Origin: Candidatus Omnitrophota bacterium
Lineage (GTDB): Bacteria; Omnitrophota; Gorgyraeia; Gygaellales; Profunditerraquicolaceae
Direction: 5' to 3'
Length of the DNA stretch: 64,000 bases
Assembly: GCA_020058085.1 (NCBI GenBank)
Contig: JAGVER010000014.1
Coordinates: 33,747-97,746 of the forward strand
Shown piece after piece: positions 1-9,256 of this stretch (positions are counted from its first letter, which is position 1; each line of letters begins with the position of its first letter). The translations under genes were made by a program, and so were the position numbers. The notes below the pieces were generated by a model that was given only the letters and a program-made list of their open reading frames with translations, searched no databases and was not told where the DNA came from.

Positions 1-73
1 GAGGGAGTTGAACCCTCACAGGTTGCCCCACTACCCCCTCAAAGTAGCGTGTCTGCCATTCCACCACCCGCGC
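1..73 (-). tRNA. tRNA-Leu(GAG), 3' end cut by window edge
   Basis: Reverse complement GCGCGGGTGGTGGAATGGCAGACACGCTACTTTGAGGGGGTAGT...GGTTCAACTCCC; anticodon GAG, long variable arm. Confidence 0.93.
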
Positions 74-108
74 AAAATTTTAAGCAGGGTTATTATATAA
101 CGGGAAAA

Positions 109-1326
109 TTAAAAACTCAACAGAAACCTTAAGCCGCAGACTAAAGCTGTTTCAGCAGCCTTATCGGCGTTAGGATTAGTTACTATCTGTAAATTAGGCG
201 TAAGGATAAGAAAACTATTTAAATTATAACTATAATATACTTCATAAATAGTTTCAGACCTCGCTGCCTCCTCTTCACTGGCTTCGCGATAATCTTTGCC
301 CATAATCGACCGGGCTACCCCTACCCCCAAACAATCAAACTTACGCCCGGGTATAGGTTCAATAATCTGTCCGCCAAAAGACCAGAAATGTTTGATATCC
401 CTTACTCTCTCATCAGCATGACCATAACGTAAAAATAAAGTAATCCCTTTAGCTATTTCCTGATCAAAACTTATCCCATAACCAAAATCCTCGCTCCTCT
501 CCCCCTCCCCACCAATGCGCTCAAGCTTTTCATGATTCATGTGGAAGATAAACCGGTAGTTTCCTTTAAGTGAACCGATCTTCGGGCTTAAACCAATTTC
601 ATTCACGAAAAATACGCTGTTAAACCCATCGCTTAAACCTGTTTTCGTAGAAGATGCCCTGGCAGTAGATGCGCCTGACTCAAAATAGATCCATTCATAT
701 GGTTTAAATTCTATTCTTGCTCCCAATCCTTTTGCGGGAAATGGTATAGTCAAACTATTAATAAGGGCGCAGGACAAAAACTGCGTATCGCCTGATTCTG
801 CCACGAGATTACCGTCAAACCAATCAGATAGATCCAGCTTTCCAACCGAGAGAGATATCCTCTCTGTAAATAAATTCTGCTCTATATAAAACTCGGGAAT
901 GTAAAAATCAATATCTTCTCCTGAATTAGTATTACAACCGGAAAACGTTGAGATAAACTGGTCAACCCCTCGGCCTTTATCCGATTCTAATTCAATAAAT
1001 GTCGCGGTCCCCGGCCAAAGCCTCTGTTCAATCTCAAGATTTAAATAACCTACCCCGCGAATCTTACCTTGATCGCGGATGCTCTTTATAATTATCTGCT
1101 GTGTATAATTTACAAGGAAGGCGAATTCTGTCCCATATTCCTCAACAAGATGTTCCCTGTATTTGGTAAGGCTGTTAAACCAAGACCCGGAGGAAGAAGC
1201 TTCTCTCTTCCCCTCGGATATCTCGATTGGAGTAAGGCTGGCTTCGGATAAAGGCAGGAACGCGTACGTAATAAAAAATACGGACAAGACAAAATTGAAA
1301 CAACTTTTAATTACGCGCACCGGCAT
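109..1326 (-). CDS. Carbohydrate-selective porin, OprB family
   Basis: Signal peptide, EFYIEQ and VGKLD motifs, amphipathic beta strands, YEVYY...LTPNLQ, C-terminal Phe. Confidence 0.8.
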   Translation of the reverse strand: MPVRVIKSCFNFVLSVFFITYAFLPLSEASLTPIEISEGKREASSSGSWFNSLTKYREHLVEEYGTEFAFLVNYTQQIIIKSIRDQGKIRGVGYLNLEIEQRLWPGTATFIELESDKGRGVDQFISTFSGCNTNSGEDIDFYIPEFYIEQNLFTERISLSVGKLDLSDWFDGNLVAESGDTQFLSCALINSLTIPFPAKGLGARIEFKPYEWIYFESGASTARASSTKTGLSDGFNSVFFVNEIGLSPKIGSLKGNYRFIFHMNHEKLERIGGEGERSEDFGYGISFDQEIAKGITLFLRYGHADERVRDIKHFWSFGGQIIEPIPGRKFDCLGVGVARSIMGKDYREASEEEAARSETIYEVYYSYNLNSFLILTPNLQIVTNPNADKAAETALVCGLRFLLSF

Positions 1327-1369
1327 AAGAATTTACTGCGATGTTTGATATAGATATGAGATAGGTGAT

Positions 1370-2779
1370 TTATGGGGAATGATATTTATCGGGTAAATCG
1401 ATTTTTTCCGTAACAGCCAACGACTTGACTATAGTCCATTTATACCTATCGATATCCTTTTCTTTTTCCAGAAGATTAACCACATAGGGAATTTTTACTT
1501 TTTGCCCGTCTGCGGCATAGAGCAACTCAACCTGCGGTCTTCTGATATCGAGCACACTCTCTTTTATCACCAATCCAACGCTTTTGTCATCCAACTCAAC
1601 TAATGTTCCCGGAGGATAAACCCCGAGTACCCCAAAAAAATTCTCTACCAACTCTGGGTGCAACTGGGAACCGGCAACCTTGGTTATCTCTTCATAAACC
1701 TTTTCAGGAGCCATCTCGTCGTGGTATGCCCTCTTACTGCGCAAAGCATCGTAATAATCGGCAATACTCACCATCATACTTACTAGATTCGGCTTGCCGC
1801 AATAGAGACGCTGAGGATAACCTTCTGCATTATAGCCGATGTGATGTTCAAAAGAAACAAGCGCGCTCAATGGATTAATTTCAGGCGAGTCAAAGAGTAT
1901 CTTTGCTCCATCCAGAGGGTGCTGGCGAATCCGGCCAAACTCATCCGGGAGAAGTTTCTCTTTTTTTCTTATAATATCTCCGGAAAGCACCAACTTTCCT
2001 GAATCATGCAGGAGCGCAGCCACCCCGATCTCTGTTAAATGAGTACCCTGTATCCCAAGGGACTCTGCCTGGACCAAGGTTAATATAGCCACATTTAAGG
2101 AATGCAAAAATGTATATTCATCATGACTCTTGAGGGACGAAAGGATGAGCAAGGGTTCTTTGTTCTGCAACAGATTACTGATGATCCGATTAATTAGGAG
2201 ATATGCCAGTTGCGCATCGATGCGCCGGTTTTGCTGGATATCATCGGAGGTCTTTTCAAGGAATTGAATAACCTCTTGGATATTCTGCCGGGCCAAAAAG
2301 TTACTATCGGTTTCCCCCTCGGCTGACATTGAGCTGCCAGCTGCCAATCGCGAAAAAACAATCGTCTCCATACCTAACGATTCGGCCAGGTGCTTAACGC
2401 CCCCGGATTTCTCTACCGCCTCGGCACTCATATTGATAATATCAAGGAACGATAACAATTCCCTCTCCTTAGTCCCCCTCAAAAAGGAGATTCTTTCTAT
2501 CTTCAGTTCTTTAAGATGCACAATAATATCCCTTAAATACTTACTCAATTCATAGAGGGGTTCTTTCTCAAAAGCTATCTCGTTGCCGATAATACCTATT
2601 GTTATCTCCGGCTGGGATGAAGAGACGCTCTCCAGCTTCAAGAGGAGTTTCTTAATGCTTTCTTTGGTAAGCTCATGACTCGGCCCGTAGTTTTTGCTGA
2701 CCTGTCGGGCGGCAAACAACTCTTTTACCAACTCCTCAATAGGGACCCTGATTTCGCTACTACTCGAATCGTTCATCAT
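1370..2779 (-). CDS. HD-GYP domain cyclic di-nucleotide phosphodiesterase
   Basis: HDEYTFLHS, LLHDSGK, EHH...GYP, IADYYDALRSKRAY motifs. Confidence 0.9.
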   Translation of the reverse strand: MMNDSSSSEIRVPIEELVKELFAARQVSKNYGPSHELTKESIKKLLLKLESVSSSQPEITIGIIGNEIAFEKEPLYELSKYLRDIIVHLKELKIERISFLRGTKERELLSFLDIINMSAEAVEKSGGVKHLAESLGMETIVFSRLAAGSSMSAEGETDSNFLARQNIQEVIQFLEKTSDDIQQNRRIDAQLAYLLINRIISNLLQNKEPLLILSSLKSHDEYTFLHSLNVAILTLVQAESLGIQGTHLTEIGVAALLHDSGKLVLSGDIIRKKEKLLPDEFGRIRQHPLDGAKILFDSPEINPLSALVSFEHHIGYNAEGYPQRLYCGKPNLVSMMVSIADYYDALRSKRAYHDEMAPEKVYEEITKVAGSQLHPELVENFFGVLGVYPPGTLVELDDKSVGLVIKESVLDIRRPQVELLYAADGQKVKIPYVVNLLEKEKDIDRYKWTIVKSLAVTEKIDLPDKYHSP

Positions 2780-2822
2780 CTCTCTCTGCCTTTATTTATC
2801 CTCTCGCCCATTGCACCGTACA

Positions 2823-5090
2823 TTACGCACTATTCGCTATGCCCTTATCCTTGCATGATTCTACGGCAAGCCGGGCTATTTTTCTCACGGATTCGCTTCT
2901 GTCGTTCAACGCCTTCTTGAGAACAATCATCGCCTCAGGCGAAGCAATCTCCCCTAGACTTACCACCGCGCTGACCCTGAGTTCCCTTTTTGCTTGATTA
3001 TCCAAAAGCGGCCTCCTCGCCACTACCTGCTCCAAACAGGGTATGGCCTGGTTTACCGAAAAATCACCGCACGCCCTTATGTACGTAAGCAGATACTTGC
3101 GGGGAGAAAATCTTTTGCTGAGAATAATAAACAACTGATTTAGAAGAGGGGCGCTATTAGTTTTTACCAAGACACCAATTATTTTTTCTTTCACTTGCGT
3201 GCTTTCTTCTTTCTGAAAGATTTCAAGCAACAAACTCTTCTCTTCTTCGCTTTCCGACATAAAATTTTCCAATCCTGCGAGACGCGTGTCAAGATCTTTA
3301 CTTTGCAGCATCGTCTGGGCTGCCTTATGGGCTTCTTGAGGATTAAGTTTCTTGAGAATATCAAAAAGCTCTCCAAGAGATGAGCCCTCCTTGCCTATCT
3401 CCGCAGTAAACCGTTGAGATATACTTGCTGCCGCAGCAGGCCCAAGGCCAGCGATAACTGAGCAAATCCTTTCCTTTACTGCCTTATTTTTTTCTAAAAC
3501 ATAGGCCTCAATGAGAAGATCGGGTGCCCATTGCGATTTTGCAAGAATAGAGCGCACGTCCGGCATTCCTCTTTCATCGAGCCTTGGAATAAATGATATT
3601 ATTTTCTCCGCCACCGCTTTCTCTGTTAGCTCACCCAGCGCCGAGTGAGCATATCCGGCTATTTCTTGATTCTGACTCTGTTGGGGCTTTAGCTTCTCGC
3701 TAAAGAACTCGATACTCTCTTTAATGCTCGAGAGATACTCTGGCTGAATGATCTTTTTGCATGCGGCTGTTAGGATATCGCAAAATTTCTTAAACTCTTC
3801 CGGCTTATCTTCTTGCCATAGAATATTAAGCAAAAGCCAAATTTTCTGTCTCTGCAAACCAGGTTCCTCCAGCGACTCTAGACAATCCTGCGCAAGAGCC
3901 GATAAGCTACTGCCCTTATTTTTCCCGGAAACGCTCTTGTCAATAAGTGTCTCGACCGTAAGTTTATACATCTGCGATATAAACTGGCTGCTTGAGTTAG
4001 CCTCAAAGAGCTCTTTGACGGAAACCTGCAGCTGCGAGAGCGTATTTTTGTTAAGCAGTTTTTTCTCAAATAACTTATCGGCAAGCGTCGCCACAAGGCT
4101 ACCCGAACTTGACTCTTGAGGCACAAGCTTATCAAATAGTTTGAAAAGGTTATCACTCATCTTACCTTCACTATCAATAAGAGAAGCCATAAAATCGGCG
4201 ATTGTATCTTCTGGTAAATCCTTAAGGAAATCTTGACCGAGATTAAATGCAGAATCATCCTCCTGCTCACCGCTAAACAGATTGGCGACAAAATCAGGAT
4301 TGAGCCCGGCAATAACCTTAGTGAGGTCTTGTTTGATGACGCTAGAGCTATCCGGGGACTGTTGCTGAGCGTACTTTAACATGCGCACAAAGGTGGCGCG
4401 GAAATTGTTGACAACGGTACGGTCTTCGAGCTTCGCCAGAGCTTCTTTGTAAACTTTGTTAAGTAAAGAAGAGGATCTTTTCTGATCCTTAAGAAAATGC
4501 ATAACAAAATCTAATTTTGACTCGGGCAAGATATCCGTACCGGCAGATGAATCGAGGCTTGTCAACTCTTGCCAAAGAGTACGCTCTTCTTCGGTGACAC
4601 CAGTACTCGTTGACTCATCCCCCGCGAGAAACTTGCGGTAGTCGATTTCCTTGATAAAAATATGCCCCGCTGAAGGTATTTGGGAAGCAATGCCGCCGGA
4701 CCTCTTAATGAGTTTCGCATCCTTTACAATTAGGCAAAAGAAATCCAAGAGTTCTTTCAACTCAACGCCCCTGGAAATACGTAAAGCGATTACCCCACGC
4801 TGATGCAAATAACCAGCTACCTGCCGATAGAGATCATTCTTCTCTCGCACAAAATTATTTTGTAAAAGCAAATTATCGGATGCAACACCAGTATCTAGGG
4901 ATTCATGAACCGAAAGCCAATTATCGAGATGGCCCTTAAAATTCTTAACCGCCTGCTCGACTGCCGGATGGGCAGGGTTATATAGAGCGCTGCTCTCGAC
5001 GGCAATATTTAATGACCGCACAATAGAATCAAAGAGTTTTATTTCGCCTTCAGTAATCTTCTCTTCCGTATTTTTACGCGACTGCTCCAT
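2823..5090 (-). CDS. HEAT-repeat protein
   Basis: 755-aa helical ORF with C-terminal HEAT/PBS-lyase-like repeats (LRVSAVVSLGEI...DRSESVRKIA); SD-like AGGCGAGG upstream. Confidence 0.75.
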   Translation of the reverse strand: MEQSRKNTEEKITEGEIKLFDSIVRSLNIAVESSALYNPAHPAVEQAVKNFKGHLDNWLSVHESLDTGVASDNLLLQNNFVREKNDLYRQVAGYLHQRGVIALRISRGVELKELLDFFCLIVKDAKLIKRSGGIASQIPSAGHIFIKEIDYRKFLAGDESTSTGVTEEERTLWQELTSLDSSAGTDILPESKLDFVMHFLKDQKRSSSLLNKVYKEALAKLEDRTVVNNFRATFVRMLKYAQQQSPDSSSVIKQDLTKVIAGLNPDFVANLFSGEQEDDSAFNLGQDFLKDLPEDTIADFMASLIDSEGKMSDNLFKLFDKLVPQESSSGSLVATLADKLFEKKLLNKNTLSQLQVSVKELFEANSSSQFISQMYKLTVETLIDKSVSGKNKGSSLSALAQDCLESLEEPGLQRQKIWLLLNILWQEDKPEEFKKFCDILTAACKKIIQPEYLSSIKESIEFFSEKLKPQQSQNQEIAGYAHSALGELTEKAVAEKIISFIPRLDERGMPDVRSILAKSQWAPDLLIEAYVLEKNKAVKERICSVIAGLGPAAAASISQRFTAEIGKEGSSLGELFDILKKLNPQEAHKAAQTMLQSKDLDTRLAGLENFMSESEEEKSLLLEIFQKEESTQVKEKIIGVLVKTNSAPLLNQLFIILSKRFSPRKYLLTYIRACGDFSVNQAIPCLEQVVARRPLLDNQAKRELRVSAVVSLGEIASPEAMIVLKKALNDRSESVRKIARLAVESCKDKGIANSA

Positions 5091-5111
5091 GTGAATTGCC
5101 TCGCCTTAAAC

Positions 5112-5183
5112 AAAAAAACGCTCTCTGCTTATATTCTACTCGCCCATCAAAGGTGAGTGAGCACGAACAAAGCGAGGACGCGT
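5112..5183 (-). terminator. Long imperfect hairpin plus T7 tract after tRNA-Gln (probable intrinsic terminator)
   Basis: ACGC..CTC.GCTT...ACTCACC/GGCGAGT...AAGC.GAG.GCGT followed by TTTTTTT on the - strand. Confidence 0.45.
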
Positions 5184-5190
5184 CTCAGAG

Positions 5191-5265
5191 TGGTTGCCCC
5201 GCATGGAGTCGAACCATGATAGTCAGATTCAGAATCTGAAGTCCTACCAGTTAGACGACAGGGCA
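5191..5265 (-). tRNA. tRNA-Gln(CTG), CCA encoded
   Basis: Reverse complement TGCCCTGTCGTCTAACTGGTAGGAC TTCAGATTCTGAATCTGA...GGTTCGACTCCATGCGGGGCAACCA. Confidence 0.95.
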
Positions 5266-5280
5266 AAATATTATCTTCTA

Positions 5281-5430
5281 CTAAGACTTACTTGAATCGT
5301 GAACCTTATTATACTTCTTAATCATCTCTTTGATATTACCATCAACACGACGCATGTTGATTGAAATATCGATAAGGAAAGCTAAAACAAAAACTGCCAC
5401 AACCCCCATAGTTAAAATAATCGCAGCCAT
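5281..5430 (-). CDS. Small single-pass membrane protein, 49 aa (MAAIILTMGVVAVFVLAFLIDISINMRR...)
   Basis: Below ORF-track cutoff; strong SD GGGAGG upstream of ATG; hydrophobic N-terminus, basic tail; fills the gltX-tRNA gap. Confidence 0.65.
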   Translation of the reverse strand: MAAIILTMGVVAVFVLAFLIDISINMRRVDGNIKEMIKKYNKVHDSSKS

Positions 5431-5454
5431 ATTTCCTCCCTTGTTGGAAAAATC

Positions 5455-6750
5455 TCACCTTATAAACTTTCCCAGCCTTTTACAGATCCGCTCACTCCCT
5501 AAGTAATACATTGCCTCAAATAATCCCGGGCCGATAGTCTTTCCTGTAAGCGCAACTCTAAGAGGATGAATCAAGGCCTTTGCTTCTATGCCTAGCTCGC
5601 TTACCAAACCCCGGAAGCTCTCTTCAATACTAACGATATCAAAACTCTGCAAAACCTTTAAGCGCTCCAATAAAAGCTTAAATTCCCGTGAGAGATCCTT
5701 GTTCAAGTACTTCTCTGCTGCTGCCGGATCAATATTAAGCTCATCCACAAAGAAAAAATCTGCCCAATCTGGGAAATCATTTACTACTGACATCCTCGGC
5801 TGGAATAATTTTACCAGAGAGACTATATAATTTCTATCAAAATTATCTTTCCGGATATAATTTTTTTCTATTAACATTGGGATTATTTCATCAGTTAATT
5901 TATCACTATCTTCATTTTTAAGATACTGGTTATTTAACCAATTAAGTTTCTTTAAGTCAAAGGTGGCGGCAGCTTTATTCACATCGCTAAGATCGAACAA
6001 TTTTATGGCTTCATTTATATCTATCAATTCACAGTTGTTCCCGGGCGCCCAGCTTAAGAGTAAAAGATAATTAACCAAAGCTCCGGGAAGATACCCCATC
6101 TTGCGATAGTCGCTTATGGCAGTAGCACCCGTCCTCTTAGAGAGCCTGCCTCCCTCGATTCCCATAATCAAAGGCAAGTGCGCAAATTTAGGAAGTTTAA
6201 AACCAAGCGCCTCATAGAGAAGCGCTTGTTTGGGCGTATTGGAGATATGATCATCCCCGCGGATTACATGAGTAATGTCTGTTGTCGCATCATCGACCAC
6301 ACAAGCAAAGTTATAAGTAGGCGTACCGTCGGACTTAATAAGTACCTGGTCCTTAATTAGTTCGGCATTAAATTCTATCTCTCCACGGATTAAATCATTT
6401 ATTTTAACCTGCTGCGGCATTACCTTAAATATTATCGCTTCGCCTTGCCTCTCGGGAGATTTTTCCGTATAGGCCTTGCCTTCTTTAAGAAGTTTCTGAG
6501 CAAACTCGGCATAGATATTAAAACGATGGCTCTGGTAATAAATCTCATCCCAGTTAAAACCCATCCATTGCAAGCTGTTTAATATCTCATCCACATACTC
6601 CTGCTTAGAACGCAGTTTATCCGTATCCTCTATTCTTAAAATAAATTTTCCGTCTTTTGCCTGAGCATAAAGCCAATTAAAAAGCGCGGTACGGCCGCCG
6701 CCGATATGTAAATTACCCGTTGGGCTTGGAGCAAAACGCACTCTAACCAT
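5455..6750 (-). CDS. gltX: Glutamate--tRNA ligase
   Basis: RFAPSPTG, HIGG, RIEDTD, IRGDDH, LSKR motifs. Confidence 0.96.
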   Translation of the reverse strand: MVRVRFAPSPTGNLHIGGGRTALFNWLYAQAKDGKFILRIEDTDKLRSKQEYVDEILNSLQWMGFNWDEIYYQSHRFNIYAEFAQKLLKEGKAYTEKSPERQGEAIIFKVMPQQVKINDLIRGEIEFNAELIKDQVLIKSDGTPTYNFACVVDDATTDITHVIRGDDHISNTPKQALLYEALGFKLPKFAHLPLIMGIEGGRLSKRTGATAISDYRKMGYLPGALVNYLLLLSWAPGNNCELIDINEAIKLFDLSDVNKAAATFDLKKLNWLNNQYLKNEDSDKLTDEIIPMLIEKNYIRKDNFDRNYIVSLVKLFQPRMSVVNDFPDWADFFFVDELNIDPAAAEKYLNKDLSREFKLLLERLKVLQSFDIVSIEESFRGLVSELGIEAKALIHPLRVALTGKTIGPGLFEAMYYLGSERICKRLGKFIR

Positions 6751-7273
6751 TTCTCAATTTCACCCCTGTATCTAGCGCCTTCTGGTTAATCTTCAAAATG
6801 TCATCTCTCCCAGCAGGCGCCATCATTTTCATAACTCCTAATATATTTTTTAGACTAACCGTCTTCCTCTTGGCCAGATAAGATCCTAAGGCAACCATAT
6901 TCGCTACCCTAACATTACCTAATTCTACTGCTATATCTGTAAAAGGATACCTTTTGGCCTTGGCCTTTGCGCCTGCTTCTACTATAGAGCTGTTAATAAT
7001 TAATAACCCATTATCCTTAAGGCGGCTTTTGAATCTGGCTAGTGAAGGCTGATTCATAATGATTAAGGTATCTGTTTTATCAATATATGGAGAACCGATC
7101 TCTTCATCTGAAATAACAATCATACAATGCGCGGTTCCGCCGCGCACCTCTGCGCCATAAGCAGGAAGCCAGGTTACGAATTTACCTTCGATCATCGCAG
7201 CTTGCGCTAAAATCTTGCCCCAAAGCATTATCCCCTGCCCGCCGCTACCAGCAATAATTATACGTTCGGTCAT
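6743..7273 (-). CDS. 2-oxoacid:ferredoxin oxidoreductase gamma subunit
   Basis: [24 protein letters not shown]. Confidence 0.92.
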   Translation of the reverse strand: MTERIIIAGSGGQGIMLWGKILAQAAMIEGKFVTWLPAYGAEVRGGTAHCMIVISDEEIGSPYIDKTDTLIIMNQPSLARFKSRLKDNGLLIINSSIVEAGAKAKAKRYPFTDIAVELGNVRVANMVALGSYLAKRKTVSLKNILGVMKMMAPAGRDDILKINQKALDTGVKLRNG

Positions 7274-7998
7274 TTAATCCTTCCTAATGGAAACTCTTTT
7301 GACATCGTATCCCTAATCCAATCTAATGAAGCTTTTGGCGCCATACCCCAGTAAGTAGGGCATGGTGAGAGTATCTCTACAAGGGAAAAACCCACCCCTT
7401 CTATCTGATTCAAAAAAGCCTTATTTATGGCTTTTTTGGTTTTTATAATCTCCGGGGGCGAATGTAAAGATGTACGCTCAATATATTTTACTCCGGGCAA
7501 AAGCGCAAGCATCTCTGATATTTTTAAAGGATAGCCATGTAGCCCTGCATCCCTGCCTTTAATAGTGGTTGAGGTTTTCTGGTTAAGTAAAGTAGTAGGC
7601 GCCATCTGGCCGCCGGTCATGCCGTAAACTGCATTATTAATAAAAAACACACAAACATTCTCTCCCCGGTTAGCCGCATGTATAGTCTCATTAGTCCCTA
7701 TGGCGGCAAGGTCGCCATCACCCTGATAGGTAAAAACTATATTATCTTGCCTTACTCTTTTTATAGCAGTAGCGACAGCTAATGCCCTGCCATGAGCTGC
7801 CTCTGAACAATCAAAATCCCAGTAATCATAAGCAATCACAGCGCAGCCTACCGGGGCTATAGCTATCACTTTTTCCCTGATCCCTAATTCATCCACAACC
7901 TCCGCGATAAGCCGGTGCGCTATGCCATGCCCGCAACCCGGGCAATAATGAGTTGAAAGATTACGCAGAGATTTAGGATGGCTGTATATCTTTTCCAT
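7270..7998 (-). CDS. 2-oxoacid:ferredoxin oxidoreductase beta subunit (TPP-binding)
   Basis: [13 protein letters not shown]...NN TPP motif, YGMTGGQ. Confidence 0.93.
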   Translation of the reverse strand: MEKIYSHPKSLRNLSTHYCPGCGHGIAHRLIAEVVDELGIREKVIAIAPVGCAVIAYDYWDFDCSEAAHGRALAVATAIKRVRQDNIVFTYQGDGDLAAIGTNETIHAANRGENVCVFFINNAVYGMTGGQMAPTTLLNQKTSTTIKGRDAGLHGYPLKISEMLALLPGVKYIERTSLHSPPEIIKTKKAINKAFLNQIEGVGFSLVEILSPCPTYWGMAPKASLDWIRDTMSKEFPLGRIK

Positions 7999-8000
7999 AT

Positions 8001-9053
8001 CTATAACCTCATAACCTTTTTTATGATCTCATCTTCCGTCGGAATCCCGCCGCCTGAACGGCCCAGAAATTCAACTCGGGCCTTTCCTTCCAAGACGAGC
8101 CTTACATCTTCAACCATCTGGCCATAAGACATCTCTATCACTAAAAATGCTAATGGCTTATGGCTTATGGCTAATCGCTTAAAAATGTCTTTGGGGAATG
8201 GCCAAAGAGTAATTGGACGGATTAAGCCGGATTTTTTACCCTTACTTCTTAAAAATTTTACCGCGGACTTAGCAATCCTAGCCATGCTTCCATAAGCGAC
8301 TAAAATAACTTCTGCGTCATCTAAAAATAACCCCTCAAAACGCTGCTCTTTTTCCTGTATCTGATTATATTTCTTCTGTAAAGTCAGATTGAATCTTTCT
8401 AAATCACCTTCGCGCATATAAAAAGACTTTATAATATTAGGTTTCCTTCCTTTACAACCGGTTAATGCCCAGCTCTTTTTAATTTTTGATATTTTATTCC
8501 TTGTATTCGATATCTTAACCGGCTCCATCATCTGGCCTAACATGCCATCTCCTAAAATCATCGCCGGATTGCGGTATTTATCCGCAAGATCAAAGGCAAC
8601 GCGCATAAAATCAAAACTCTCCTGCACAGAAGCAGGAGCTAAAACTATACAGTGATAATCGCCATTGCCTCCTCCTCGGGTTGCCTGAAAATAATCTGAT
8701 TGCGCCGGCCAGATATTTCCCAAACCCGGGCCCGCACGCATAATATTTACAATCACCGCCGGAAGTTCCGCCCCGGCGATATAAGATATCCCCTCCTGCT
8801 TAAGGCTGATTCCCGGGCTGGATGATGAAGTCATCGCACGCACGCCTGCGGCAGAAGCGCCATAAACCATATTAATCGCGGCAATCTCTGATTCTGCCTG
8901 AATAAATACGCCTCCTTTATCCTGCAGATGCGAAGACATATAAGCAATAAGCTCATTCTGCGGAGTAATCGGATAACCGGCGTAAAAAGTACATCCTGCC
9001 TGTATTGCTCCTTCGGCTATAGCCTCATTACCGCTGATTAAAACTTTTTTCAT
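8001..9053 (-). CDS. 2-oxoacid:ferredoxin oxidoreductase alpha subunit (VorB-like)
   Basis: [28 protein letters not shown]. Confidence 0.93.
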   Translation of the reverse strand: MKKVLISGNEAIAEGAIQAGCTFYAGYPITPQNELIAYMSSHLQDKGGVFIQAESEIAAINMVYGASAAGVRAMTSSSSPGISLKQEGISYIAGAELPAVIVNIMRAGPGLGNIWPAQSDYFQATRGGGNGDYHCIVLAPASVQESFDFMRVAFDLADKYRNPAMILGDGMLGQMMEPVKISNTRNKISKIKKSWALTGCKGRKPNIIKSFYMREGDLERFNLTLQKKYNQIQEKEQRFEGLFLDDAEVILVAYGSMARIAKSAVKFLRSKGKKSGLIRPITLWPFPKDIFKRLAISHKPLAFLVIEMSYGQMVEDVRLVLEGKARVEFLGRSGGGIPTEDEIIKKVMRL

Positions 9054-9256
9054 TATTTATATACCTCGATACAGCAATCCGGGCAGATAATCGCGCATAA
9101 TGCACAGCCCAAGCAACCGGATTTATCACTGAACTTAACAGGATTCAACCCTTTTTTATTTAAACCCCTATCCTTGCTAATCAACTTCTTAGGACAAAAA
9201 CTTACACATAAAAGGCACCCCTTGCACTTATCTCTATCTATAATTATCTTGGGCAT
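9053..9256 (-). CDS. 2x[4Fe-4S] ferredoxin, oxidoreductase delta subunit
   Basis: Two CxxCxxCxxxCP motifs. Confidence 0.93.
   Translation of the reverse strand: MPKIIIDRDKCKGCLLCVSFCPKKLISKDRGLNKKGLNPVKFSDKSGCLGCALCAIICPDCCIEVYK

Noticed and set aside
74-5190. Integrated element or prophage between tRNA-Gln and tRNA-Leu
   Set aside because: No integrase, no duplicated tRNA 3' end (att) seen, no phage genes
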